The notes under the pieces were generated by a model that had not been told where the DNA came from, ran no database searches, and saw only the letters and a list, made by a program, of their open reading frames with translations. From contig JBKJOO010000198.1 of assembly GCA_046595615.1 (NCBI GenBank), forward strand, positions 1 through 44,951: a DNA stretch of 44,951 nt, written 5' to 3'. The DNA comes from Mycobacteriales bacterium (lineage in GTDB: Bacteria; Actinomycetota; Actinomycetes; Mycobacteriales; SCTD01). Shown one piece after another: positions 37,085 to 44,951 of this stretch. The position numbers and the translations under genes were made by a program. How positions within the stretch are numbered: the stretch's first letter is position 1; the number at the start of each line of letters is the position of its first letter.

Positions 37085-38657
37085 GTCGGACCACCTTCAG
37101 GGCTCGGGACAGGGGGGTTGGGCTGCGGTCGGCGAGGGCCACCCGGGCGGCGGACCGGCCGCTCGCACCGAAGACGCCACCCCCGGGGTGGGTCGACGCG
37201 CCGCACAGGTAGAGCCCGGCCATGCCGGGCACGCGATAGCCGGCCAGCTCGGGCATCGGCCGCCACATGAACATCTGGTCGAACGCCATCTCGACGTGCA
37301 TCACCTGCCCCGATCGCAGCCCTAACTCGCGCTCGAGGTCCAGCGGGGTCTGCACGTGCATCTGCTCGACGCTGGCGGCGAAGCCCGGCGCGACCCGGTC
37401 GACGGCCTCGACGAGCTTGTTGCCCTCGCGTTCGGCGATGGCGTCCCAGGTCTCACCGTTGGACAGCTGGTAGGGATGCCACTGCCCCCAGACGGTGATG
37501 TTGTGCTTGCCGGCTGGGGCGATCGTGTCGTCGAAGGCGCTGAAGGTCATCGCGAGCGCCGCCGGCCGCTCCGGCGGCAGGCCGGCATTGAACTCCCCGT
37601 GCGCCCTGCGCAGGAACTGCCGGCTCGGGGCGAGCAGCTGCATCGCCCGGTAGGTCTGTTCGGTCGCGCCGGGGTAGCGCGGCAGGTCGCTGGTCGCGAG
37701 CCGGACGACCATGCCGATGCCGTTGCCGGTGCGGACCGTGCGCCGCGCCCGGTCCAGCAGATCACCCGGCGGCGCGTCGAGCAGCTCCAGGGTGGCGAGC
37801 ACGTGGCAGGCGCCGATCACCGTGGCCGCCGGCAGGTGCGCCCCGGACGCGGTGAGCACACCGGTGACTGCCCCGGCGTACGACGTGACGGCGGCCGCAC
37901 CGTCGCCGAGGCGCACCGTGCCGCCGTAGGACGCAAGCCGCCGCTGCAGGGCCTCGCTGAGCATCCCTGACCCACCCTTGGGATGGCCGGGGGGGAGCAG
38001 GTGCATGACGGTGTTCCAGCCGACCAGGTCGGCGGTCGCGACCTCGGACGTCGGTGGGCCGGACTGCGCGCCCATCCAGGCCAGTGCGGTCTTGAGCCGC
38101 TCGTCGTCGAAGTGCTCGTCGAGCAGCGAGTCACCGCTGGTCAGGAACTGCCGGGACAGCTCCAGGCCGTCCAGGCCGGTGCCCTTGCCGACCCCCCACA
38201 GGGTGCGGCCGAGCCGGGCCGGCGACGGCGGTCCCTGGAAGGCCTCGAAGACCTTGCTGTTGCGCGCCGACCAGTCGAGCACGAAGGCCCGGTAGGCGTC
38301 GGCGTCCTTGGTCCCGCAGACCGACTCGATGCTCGCGCAGGTGCGGTCCAGGTCGACGTGGAAGTGGATGCTCTGCTCGCCGAACGGCGCGAAGCCCCAC
38401 GGGTCGAGGTCCTGGTATTCGAGCCCGCACAGATCCAGCCGGAGGTCCTCGATGATGCCGGTGTGCCGGACCATGATGTGGGCGCTCGAGCCGCGGTCCA
38501 TCCGGTAGCCGGGAAAACGTTCGACGGTGCTGACCGCGCCACCGACAACGGTGTCACGCTCGACCACCTCGACCTCGAGCCCGGCTCTGGCCAGGTAGCA
38601 GGCGGCGACGAGCCCGTTGTGGCCGGCGCCGACGACGACGACGCGGTCCCGGCTCAT
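37077..38657 (-). CDS. crtO: CrtO-type carotenoid ketolase (phytoene dehydrogenase-like)
   Basis: GAGHNGLV, GGAVSTVERFPGY..DRGSSAH, QTPLDLE, GASTHPGGGV; N-terminus resembles actinobacterial CrtO as recalled. Confidence 0.75.
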   Translation of the reverse strand: MSRDRVVVVGAGHNGLVAACYLARAGLEVEVVERDTVVGGAVSTVERFPGYRMDRGSSAHIMVRHTGIIEDLRLDLCGLEYQDLDPWGFAPFGEQSIHFHVDLDRTCASIESVCGTKDADAYRAFVLDWSARNSKVFEAFQGPPSPARLGRTLWGVGKGTGLDGLELSRQFLTSGDSLLDEHFDDERLKTALAWMGAQSGPPTSEVATADLVGWNTVMHLLPPGHPKGGSGMLSEALQRRLASYGGTVRLGDGAAAVTSYAGAVTGVLTASGAHLPAATVIGACHVLATLELLDAPPGDLLDRARRTVRTGNGIGMVVRLATSDLPRYPGATEQTYRAMQLLAPSRQFLRRAHGEFNAGLPPERPAALAMTFSAFDDTIAPAGKHNITVWGQWHPYQLSNGETWDAIAEREGNKLVEAVDRVAPGFAASVEQMHVQTPLDLERELGLRSGQVMHVEMAFDQMFMWRPMPELAGYRVPGMAGLYLCGASTHPGGGVFGASGRSAARVALADRSPTPLSRALKVVRRG

Positions 38658-39187
38658 GCGGCGGACCCTAGGTGCAGCCCGAGGACGGCGAACTCGCGTG
38701 GATCGCCCGGGAAGCGAAGTTGGCGCACCAGATCGGTCCAGCCCCCGGCCCGGTAGAACGCGCGGGCCCGCGTCTCCAGGTCGGGGGTGGTGAGGACGGC
38801 GGTCCGGGCCGGGGTGCCGGCCAGCAGGTCGGCCAGCAGGCGACGGCCGAGACCGGCACCCTGGTGGGTCGGCAGCACGTGCAGCTCGCAGACCTCGAAG
38901 GAGTCGACCAGCCAGACTGCCACCTGCTCGGGGGTCAACGCGGCCCGGACCTGGTCGTGCCACCATTGGCCGGCCGCACCGAGATAGCCGTAGCCGATGC
39001 CGATCAGCCGGCTGCCGTCGAGCGAGGCGACAGCGCGCAGCCCACCCCGGTCGAGGTGCCCGGCCAGGACCGCCCGACGGCTGCGGGCCTTCGGCCGCGG
39101 CACCCCCATCGCCTCGGCATAGACGTCCAGGACCTGCTCGGCGTTGGCCGCGAGGGTGGCCCGGTCCCAGCCGACGAGCTCGATCAT
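38654..39187 (-). CDS. GNAT family acetyltransferase
   Basis: ELHVLPTHQGAGLGRRLL and ARAFY..GW acetyl-CoA motifs. Confidence 0.85.
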   Translation of the reverse strand: MIELVGWDRATLAANAEQVLDVYAEAMGVPRPKARSRRAVLAGHLDRGGLRAVASLDGSRLIGIGYGYLGAAGQWWHDQVRAALTPEQVAVWLVDSFEVCELHVLPTHQGAGLGRRLLADLLAGTPARTAVLTTPDLETRARAFYRAGGWTDLVRQLRFPGDPREFAVLGLHLGSAA

Positions 39188-39858
39188 CGCAACCGTCCGC
39201 TGGTGCCCAGCACCTCGAAGCGGGCGAACAACTCCTCGGCGTACCACCCCTCGGTGGCGGTCCGGCCGATCGCGCGGACGTGTTCCGGGCTGCGGTGGGC
39301 AAACTCGCGTAGCGCGACGGGGGAGTCCCAGAGGCTGAACGTGCCCTGCAGCCCGACCGGCGCCTCGCCGATGCCCACAGCCGCCCGTAGGCCAGGTTGC
39401 CGGTGGAGCTCCGCGCTGACCGGGGGGACGGCCCGCCAGAACGTCGCGGCCTTGCGCGCGGTGAGCCGGGCACGGGTCACGGCGGCCACTGGCCCGTCGT
39501 ACCGCGTGGGGGTGGGATCGCCGAACGGTGCCCGGCCGCTCCACCGCCCCCGGCTGACGAGCGGGCGCAGGTCGGCCCGGAACACCTCGGTGGCAAGGGC
39601 CTCCCAGGACCGGGCGACGGCGAAGTCGCGGGCAGCGCCGGCGTCGGCCCAGGTCGCGAGCAGTCCCCAGCGCAGCGGATCGGCGTCGCGCGCGGTGAAG
39701 GTGCGGCCGTCACCGGTGCCGAGCAGCTTGGCGAAGCGCACCCCGGGGGTACGCCGGATCCGGGCCCGGTCCAGCCCCATCCGGGCGAGGGCCGCCGGGA
39801 CCTGCCCGGGCGAGACCCGCCACAGGTGCAGGGTGACGAGCGCCGGGACCGGTTCCAC
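39184..39858 (-). CDS. crtA: Spheroidene monooxygenase CrtA-like protein
   Basis: FAKLLGTG, TRARL..FWR, GIGEAP..QGTFSLW, H..AI, WYAEELFARF. Confidence 0.8.
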   Translation of the reverse strand: MEPVPALVTLHLWRVSPGQVPAALARMGLDRARIRRTPGVRFAKLLGTGDGRTFTARDADPLRWGLLATWADAGAARDFAVARSWEALATEVFRADLRPLVSRGRWSGRAPFGDPTPTRYDGPVAAVTRARLTARKAATFWRAVPPVSAELHRQPGLRAAVGIGEAPVGLQGTFSLWDSPVALREFAHRSPEHVRAIGRTATEGWYAEELFARFEVLGTSGRLR

Positions 39859-39912
39859 ACCGTCGAGCCTGTCACGGGACTGCAGCGGGTCGCCTGTTGG
39901 TTGAGGTGCAGC

Positions 39913-40581
39913 GTGGAGCTGCAGCAGATTGCCGAACAGGCCGGCCGGGACCTCGAGACCGCCACCCCGCGGGAGGTGCTGCGCTGGGCCGTCGACACCT
40001 TCGGCGGGCGCTTCGCCATCACCTCCTCGATGGGCGACGGGGTGCTCGCCTCGCTCGCCCCCGGGGTGGATGTCATCTTCCTGGACACCGGCTACCACTT
40101 CGCCGAGACGCTCGGCACCCGCGATGCGGTCGCCCAGGTCTACGACGTCAACGTGCGGACGATGTTGCCGCTGCTGACCGTGGCCCAGCAAGATGCCGAA
40201 CACGGCGCCGAGTTGTGGCGCCGCGATCCCGATGCCTGCTGCGCGATGCGCAAGGTCGAGCCGCTCGCGCGTGGCCTCGAGCCCTATCTCGCCTACGCCT
40301 CCGGGGTCCGGCGGGACGAGACGGCCGCGCGCGCCTCGATGGGCGTCGTCGAGTGGGATGGCCGGCGCGGCAAGGTCAAGGTCAACCCGCTCGCCACCTG
40401 GACGCAGGACCAGGTGGACGCCTACATCGCCGCGGCGGGCGTCCTGGTCAATCCCCTCGCCGACGACGGCTACCCGTCGATCGGCTGCGCGCCGTGCACC
40501 AACCGGGTCGCCCCCGGTGAGGACCCGCGGTCGGGCCGCTGGGCCGGGACGGCCAAGACCGAGTGCGGGCTGCACGTCTAG
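39913..40581 (+). CDS. cysH: (Phospho)adenylyl-sulfate reductase, Fe-S (APS reductase) type
   Basis: LDTGYHF, CC..RK, YPSIGCAPCT, RSGRW, KTECGLH. Confidence 0.92.
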   Translation: MELQQIAEQAGRDLETATPREVLRWAVDTFGGRFAITSSMGDGVLASLAPGVDVIFLDTGYHFAETLGTRDAVAQVYDVNVRTMLPLLTVAQQDAEHGAELWRRDPDACCAMRKVEPLARGLEPYLAYASGVRRDETAARASMGVVEWDGRRGKVKVNPLATWTQDQVDAYIAAAGVLVNPLADDGYPSIGCAPCTNRVAPGEDPRSGRWAGTAKTECGLHV

Positions 40582-40696
40582 CCCTAGTCACCGAGCTGGT
40601 CCGCGCCGCGCAGAGCGACCCGCGGATCGGGCTTGGAGCTGTCGGCGAGTTGCGCGGACCCGCGTCAGTGCCCCCTCCCGGGCGTCACCCTTCGCC

Positions 40697-40846
40697 ATGG
40701 ACCTGGTGGTGTGCCCCCTGGACGGGGCGATGCTGACCGTGGTCGAGCGCCGCTGGGGGGCGGCCGGGACACCGCTGCTGGCCTGCTCGCAGTGCGGTCG
40801 CCGTTTCGTGTTCGGCAGTCAGGGGCCCGAGCCGATCGACGGCTGA
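40697..40846 (+). CDS. Small putative zinc-ribbon protein (49 aa)
   Basis: MDLVVCPLDG...LACSQCGRRF; CxxD/CxxC knuckles. Confidence 0.5.
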   Translation: MDLVVCPLDGAMLTVVERRWGAAGTPLLACSQCGRRFVFGSQGPEPIDG

Positions 40847-40851
40847 CCGGG

Positions 40852-41352
40852 TCACGGCGTGCGGTAGAGCACGTGGCGTTCCGGCGAGCGAGGATGGTCG
40901 AACTCACCCTCCCGCCGCATGCCGAGCCGCTCCATCACCCGCTGGCTGCGGCCGTTGGTCAGCGCCGTCATGCTGACGATGCTGGGCTCGTGCCGCAGCC
41001 CGACCAGCAGGGCGGCGCGGGCCGCCTCGGTCGCGTAGCCCTTCCCCCAGCAGTCCGCGGCCAGCCGCCAACCGACCTCCAGGGCCGGGCTGAAGGGCAA
41101 CCCGTGCCGCCAGGCCAACCCGGTGAACCCGGCCAGTCGTCCCTGGGTCTCGACGGCCCACAGCCCGTAGCCGTGTTCGGCGAAGTGCGCCTCGATCCGA
41201 TCGACCATGGCGTCGCTCTCGTCCCGGGTGAGCGTCGCCGGGAAATGCTCCATCACGACCGGGTCGGCGTTCAGGGCCGCGAAAGGCGCCCGGTCCGCCG
41301 AACGCCAGCGCCGCAGCAGCAGTCGCTCGGTCTGCAGCTCGTCGTACCCCAT
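40852..41352 (-). CDS. RimJ/RimL-type GNAT acetyltransferase
   Basis: TERLLLR, EVGWRL, WGKGYATEAA, NGRSQRVMERLGM; GGAGG RBS. Confidence 0.88.
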   Translation of the reverse strand: MGYDELQTERLLLRRWRSADRAPFAALNADPVVMEHFPATLTRDESDAMVDRIEAHFAEHGYGLWAVETQGRLAGFTGLAWRHGLPFSPALEVGWRLAADCWGKGYATEAARAALLVGLRHEPSIVSMTALTNGRSQRVMERLGMRREGEFDHPRSPERHVLYRTP

Positions 41353-41383
41353 GCCCGTCCGTCTCCCTCCCGCGCGGGCCCTG

Positions 41384-41441
41384 CCGTCTCGTGTCGTGCA
41401 TCCGGGGGCAGGCGGGGTCCTGAAACCACGACACCAGACGG
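41384..41441. repeat. REP-like element family C, copy 2
   Basis: Same termini and length as 15774-15831. Confidence 0.65.
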
Positions 41442-41521
41442 TACGCCGGGGCGGGCCTGCAAAGCCGCTGGGTCGGGCCGATGCGAGGTCGTTCCCGGGC
41501 CGCTCCCCGGCTCCCCCCGGC

Positions 41522-41580
41522 CGATCTTGACGATCTGGTCGCCTGCCTCGGCGTGTCGGCGACAACACCGTCAAGATCGC
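41522..41580. repeat. REP-like element family D, inverted copy
   Basis: GATCTTGACGATCTGGTCG...CGTCAAGATCGC; loop is the reverse complement of that in the 22491 copies. Confidence 0.75.
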
Positions 41581-41795
41581 CAGTCGGTACGCCGGGACGC
41601 CGGCGCGGCGGGGCGGCGGCTGGGCTCGCCGCGCCGGCGCGGCTCGGCTCGCTGGCGGGGCGGTGGCTGGGCTCGCCGCGGGGCGCGGCGGCTCAGCAGC
41701 GGGGCGCTGCAGAGCCGGCCGGCGGGCGGGCGGGGCGCCCCAGCGACCCGCCTCGGGTATCGGCCCGACTCATCTCGCGCATCGACGCCGCCGAC

Positions 41796-41960
41796 TCAGG
41801 CCGCGCCGGTCAAGCCCTTGAAACGAACCGTGAACACCCGCAGGCAGTCCTCGCAACGCCAGTCGCCGTGCCCGGTGTCGGGGTCGTCGCCGAACGGCCG
41901 CAGCGACTCCTCGCCGCAGTACGGGCAGTACATCGGGACGGCCCGCTGCGGCGAGCTCAC
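41796..41960 (-). CDS. Small zinc-ribbon protein associated with sulfite reductase
   Basis: RAVPMYCPYCGEESLRP...WRCEDCLRVF; GTGA-coupled to sirA. Confidence 0.8.
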   Translation of the reverse strand: MSSPQRAVPMYCPYCGEESLRPFGDDPDTGHGDWRCEDCLRVFTVRFKGLTGAA

Positions 41961-43591
41961 TGCAGGAGCGCCTCGTCGGCCCGGCGGGCCCACACGGCGA
42001 ACTTCTCGCCCGGCGTACGGTGCTCGAGATAGGTCCGCAGCAGTCGCTCGACGTACTCCGGCGCGTCGTCGGCGGTGACCTTGAGGCCGCGGGACTTGCG
42101 GCCCAGGCCTGCGTTTTCGCCGAGCCGGCCACCCAGGTGCACCTGGAAACCTTCGACGCCGTCGACGATCGAGCCCTTGAGGCCGATGTCGCCGGTCTGG
42201 AACCGGGCGCACGAGTTGGGGCAGCCGTTGACGTTGATGGTGATCGGCTCGTCGAAGTCGGGCAGCCGCTTCTCGAGTTCGGTGTAGAGATCGACCGAGC
42301 GGGCCTTGGTCTCGACGATCGCGAGCTTGCAGAATTCCAGGCCGGTGCACGCCAGCACCCCGCGCCCGAACCTCGTCGGTCGCACCCGTAGGTCGTCGGC
42401 CTCGAGCTCGGTGACCAGCGCGTCGACGGACGCATCCGGTACGCCGAGCAGCACGAGCCCCTGCTGGGCGGTCGTCGACACCCGGCCGGCGCCGTACTCC
42501 GCGGCCAGCGCCGCGACCCGCTGCAGCTGGCTGCCGCTGGTGCGACCGGCGCGGGGCACCACCCCGACGTAGTGCAGTCCGTCGGACTGCCGATGCACGC
42601 CGACGTGGTCCCGCTCCTCAGTCGGGGGTGTCGCGGGCGCCGGTCCGTCCGGCAGCGGCGCGGCGAGGTAGGTGTCCTCGAGGACCCGGCGGAACTTCTC
42701 GGTGCCCCAGTCGGCCAGCAGGAACTTCAGCCGGGCGTGGGTGCGCGAGCGCCGGTAGCCGTAGTCGCGAAAGACCGAGATGACGCCTTCCCACACCTCG
42801 CTCACCCGGGACGGCTCCACGAAGGCGCCGAGCCGCAGGCCCAGCTTGGGGTTGGTGGACAGACCACCGCCGACCCACAGGTCGTAGCCGACACCGAGTT
42901 CGGGGTGGGTGACGCCGACGAAGGCGATGTCGTTGATCTCGTGATTGGTGCAGTGCACCGCGCAGCCGCTGATCGAGGTCTTGAACTTGCGCGGCAGGTT
43001 GGCGAAGACCGGGTCGCCGATGTATTTCGCGGTCACCTCCCGGATCGCGCCGGTGGCGTCGAGGAACTCGGCGTTATCGACCCCGGCCAGCGGGCAGCCG
43101 ACGATAACGCGGGGGGCGTCGCCGCAGGCGTCGGTGGTCATCAGGCCGACGTCCTCGAGCCGCTGCCAGATCTCGGGAACGTCCTCGATCCGGATCCAGT
43201 GCAGCTGGATGTTCTGCCGATCGGTCACATCAGCGACGTCCCGGCCGTGCTCAGTGGCGATCTCGCCGATGACCCGCAGTTGCTCGCTGGTGAGCTGGCC
43301 ACCGTCGATGCGCACCCGGAGCATGAAGTACGGCGCCTCGAGCTCCTCCGGCGCCAGGATCGCGGTCTTGCCGCCGGGGATGCCCTGCGCCCGCTGGGTG
43401 TAGAGGCCGTACCACCGCAACCGGCCGCGCAGATCCGCGCTGTCGATCGAGTCGAACCCCTGCTTGCTGTAGGTGTCCAGGACCCGTTGCTTGACCGTCA
43501 GCGGGTGGCTGTCCTTCTTCATCTGCTCGTTGGGGTTGAGCGGCTCGCGGTAGCCGAGCGCCCACTGACCTTGACCGCGGGGAGCGGGCAC
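41957..43591 (-). CDS. sirA: Ferredoxin-dependent sulfite/nitrite reductase (siroheme)
   Basis: RWYGLYTQ, TDRQNIQLH, NLPRKFK, ACTGLEFC..., NGCPNSC. Confidence 0.92.
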   Translation of the reverse strand: MPAPRGQGQWALGYREPLNPNEQMKKDSHPLTVKQRVLDTYSKQGFDSIDSADLRGRLRWYGLYTQRAQGIPGGKTAILAPEELEAPYFMLRVRIDGGQLTSEQLRVIGEIATEHGRDVADVTDRQNIQLHWIRIEDVPEIWQRLEDVGLMTTDACGDAPRVIVGCPLAGVDNAEFLDATGAIREVTAKYIGDPVFANLPRKFKTSISGCAVHCTNHEINDIAFVGVTHPELGVGYDLWVGGGLSTNPKLGLRLGAFVEPSRVSEVWEGVISVFRDYGYRRSRTHARLKFLLADWGTEKFRRVLEDTYLAAPLPDGPAPATPPTEERDHVGVHRQSDGLHYVGVVPRAGRTSGSQLQRVAALAAEYGAGRVSTTAQQGLVLLGVPDASVDALVTELEADDLRVRPTRFGRGVLACTGLEFCKLAIVETKARSVDLYTELEKRLPDFDEPITINVNGCPNSCARFQTGDIGLKGSIVDGVEGFQVHLGGRLGENAGLGRKSRGLKVTADDAPEYVERLLRTYLEHRTPGEKFAVWARRADEALLQ

Positions 43592-43630
43592 AGCTGTCTC
43601 CAGAGGTTTGATGCGACAGGGGTGGAGGGG

Positions 43631-43705
43631 TCAGCCGCGGGAACAGATGGCGCTGCTGGTGCGCTTGAGGTCCACGTGACGACGGGACGTGAGCACGGCA
43701 GGCAC
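43631..43705 (-). CDS. Putative Cys-sensing leader peptide for sirA (MPAVLTSRRHVDLKRTSSAICSRG)
   Basis: 24-aa ORF with HVDLxRxxSAxC motif upstream of sirA. Confidence 0.78.
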   Translation of the reverse strand: MPAVLTSRRHVDLKRTSSAICSRG

Positions 43706-43768
43706 GTCGTCCAGGGTGGCACAGGCCCGCGCCGGTTCGCCCGTCGGGATCTGTGGGACGATCAGATC

Positions 43769-43843
43769 ATGACCGGCTCGTTCCTCGTCGCGCGTCTGCA
43801 CGTCGATCTGCAGCGCACCTCGAGCGCGGTCTGTTCCCGCTGA
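43769..43843 (+). CDS. Putative Cys-sensing leader peptide for cysC-cysD ([24 protein letters not shown])
   Basis: 24-aa ORF with the same HVDLxRTSSAxCSR motif upstream of cysC. Confidence 0.78.
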   Translation: MTGSFLVARLHVDLQRTSSAVCSR

Positions 43844-43931
43844 CGCCGGGCTGAGCACGACCAGCGCAACGATGCGCACCCCGTTCACGCACGCACAGCG
43901 ATGCAGCATGCACCCGGCTCCTGGAGGACTG

Positions 43932-44489
43932 TTGACCGCCACCGCACCGCCGGTGACCGCCGTGGGCACCGGGGCGACGGTCTGGCTGACCGGGCTGCCG
44001 AGCGCCGGCAAGACCACCCTGGCCACCGCGCTCGCCGCCGAGCTGCGCCGCCCGGTCGAGATCCTCGACGGCGACGAGGTTCGCGAGTTCCTCTCCAAGG
44101 GCCTCGGCTTCAGTCGGGCGGACCGCGACACCAATGTGCTCCGGATCGGTTGGGTGGCAGCCGGTCTCGCCAAGCACGGGGTCCTCGTCCTCGCGTCCGT
44201 CATCAGCCCGTACGCCGAGACACGCGACCGGGTCCGGGCCCTGCACGCCGACCGGGGTGCGGGCTTTGTCGAGGTGCACGTCGCAACCCCGGTCGAGGTC
44301 TGCAGCGCCCGGGACGTCAAGGGCCTCTACGCCAGGCAGGCCGCGGGCGAGCTGACCGGCCTGACCGGCGTCGACGCGCCGTACGAACCCCCGACCGCGC
44401 CGGAGGCGGTCGTGCGTACCCACGAGCAGCGCCTCGATGAGTCGGTGGCCCAGCTCCTGTCGCTGCTGACCGGTCGGGGTCTCGCGTGA
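43932..44489 (+). CDS. cysC: Adenylyl-sulfate kinase
   Basis: [13 protein letters not shown]-loop, LDGDEVR, ISPY, RDVKGLY, YEPP; TTG after GGAGG. Confidence 0.92.
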   Translation: MTATAPPVTAVGTGATVWLTGLPSAGKTTLATALAAELRRPVEILDGDEVREFLSKGLGFSRADRDTNVLRIGWVAAGLAKHGVLVLASVISPYAETRDRVRALHADRGAGFVEVHVATPVEVCSARDVKGLYARQAAGELTGLTGVDAPYEPPTAPEAVVRTHEQRLDESVAQLLSLLTGRGLA

Positions 44490-44951
44490 CCCCGACCACG
44501 GTCGGACTCTCCCAGCTGGACCTGCTGGAGGCCGAGAGCATCCACGTCATGCGCGAGGTGGCCGCGCAGTTCGAGCGCCCGGCGCTGCTGTTCAGCGGTG
44601 GCAAGGACTCGATCGTGATGCTGCGGCTGGCCGAGAAGGCTTTCTGGCCCGCCCGCATCCCTTTCCCGCTCGTGCATGTCGACACCGGTCACAATTTCGA
44701 CGAGGTGCTCGCCTTTCGCGACCAGCGGGTCGCCGAACTCGGCGCGCGGCTCGTCGTCGGCTCGGTGCAGGACGACATCGACGCCGGCCGGGTGCACGAG
44801 GTGCCAGGCGGCTTGCGTAACCCGCTGCAGACGACCACCCTGCTGCGCACGATCGAGGAGGGCCGCTACGACGCGGTCTTCGGCGGCGCCCGGCGCGATG
44901 AGGAGAAGGCCCGCGCCAAAGAGCGGTTCTTTTCGTTCCGCGATGCCTTTG
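44486..44951 (+). CDS. cysD: Sulfate adenylyltransferase subunit 2; partial, runs off right edge
   Basis: Manual translation: [44 protein letters not shown]. Confidence 0.94.
   Translation, partial: MTPTTVGLSQLDLLEAESIHVMREVAAQFERPALLFSGGKDSIVMLRLAEKAFWPARIPFPLVHVDTGHNFDEVLAFRDQRVAELGARLVVGSVQDDIDAGRVHEVPGGLRNPLQTTTLLRTIEEGRYDAVFGGARRDEEKARAKERFFSFRDAF

Noticed and set aside
41590-41760. G-rich low-complexity tract as G-quadruplex or small gene
   Set aside because: Mostly GG/GGG runs within extreme GC sequence with a short GGCTGGGCTCGCCGCG duplication; no supportable function.

Overview
High-GC actinobacterial chromosomal window. The backbone resembles the conserved region around pknL/Rv2175c/idsA-crtE/metF: partial DAHP synthase, molybdopterin oxidoreductase, EamA transporter, nfo, PASTA kinase, LysM-transglycosylase, TPP riboswitch-thiG-thiH, MFS, ferredoxin reductase, two Gfo/Idh/MocA oxidoreductases and Rv2175c-thiS-thiE. 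It also holds a dispersed carotenoid pathway (crtYc/d, crtB, crtI, crtE, second desaturase, glycosyltransferase, cruF, crtO, crtA-like) and a rearranged sulfate-assimilation cluster (cysH, sirA, cysC, partial cysD). Main candidate for a new system: an accessory block with a secreted subtilase ending in 12 tandem GASWS pentapeptides, directly upstream of a membrane-sensor/GAF/GGDEF/EAL protein, possibly a self-processed peptide signal coupled to c-di-GMP. Other highlights: an unannotated leaderless Trp-Tyr-Gly-Phe attenuator peptide before the DAHP synthase, two back-to-back paralogous Cys-ending leader peptides driving divergent sulfur operons, an enterobacterial-like ThiG/ThiH pair, a possible ATC start codon, and several families of ~60-75 bp palindromic REP-like elements. 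All calls come from motif recognition by eye; no searches were run.
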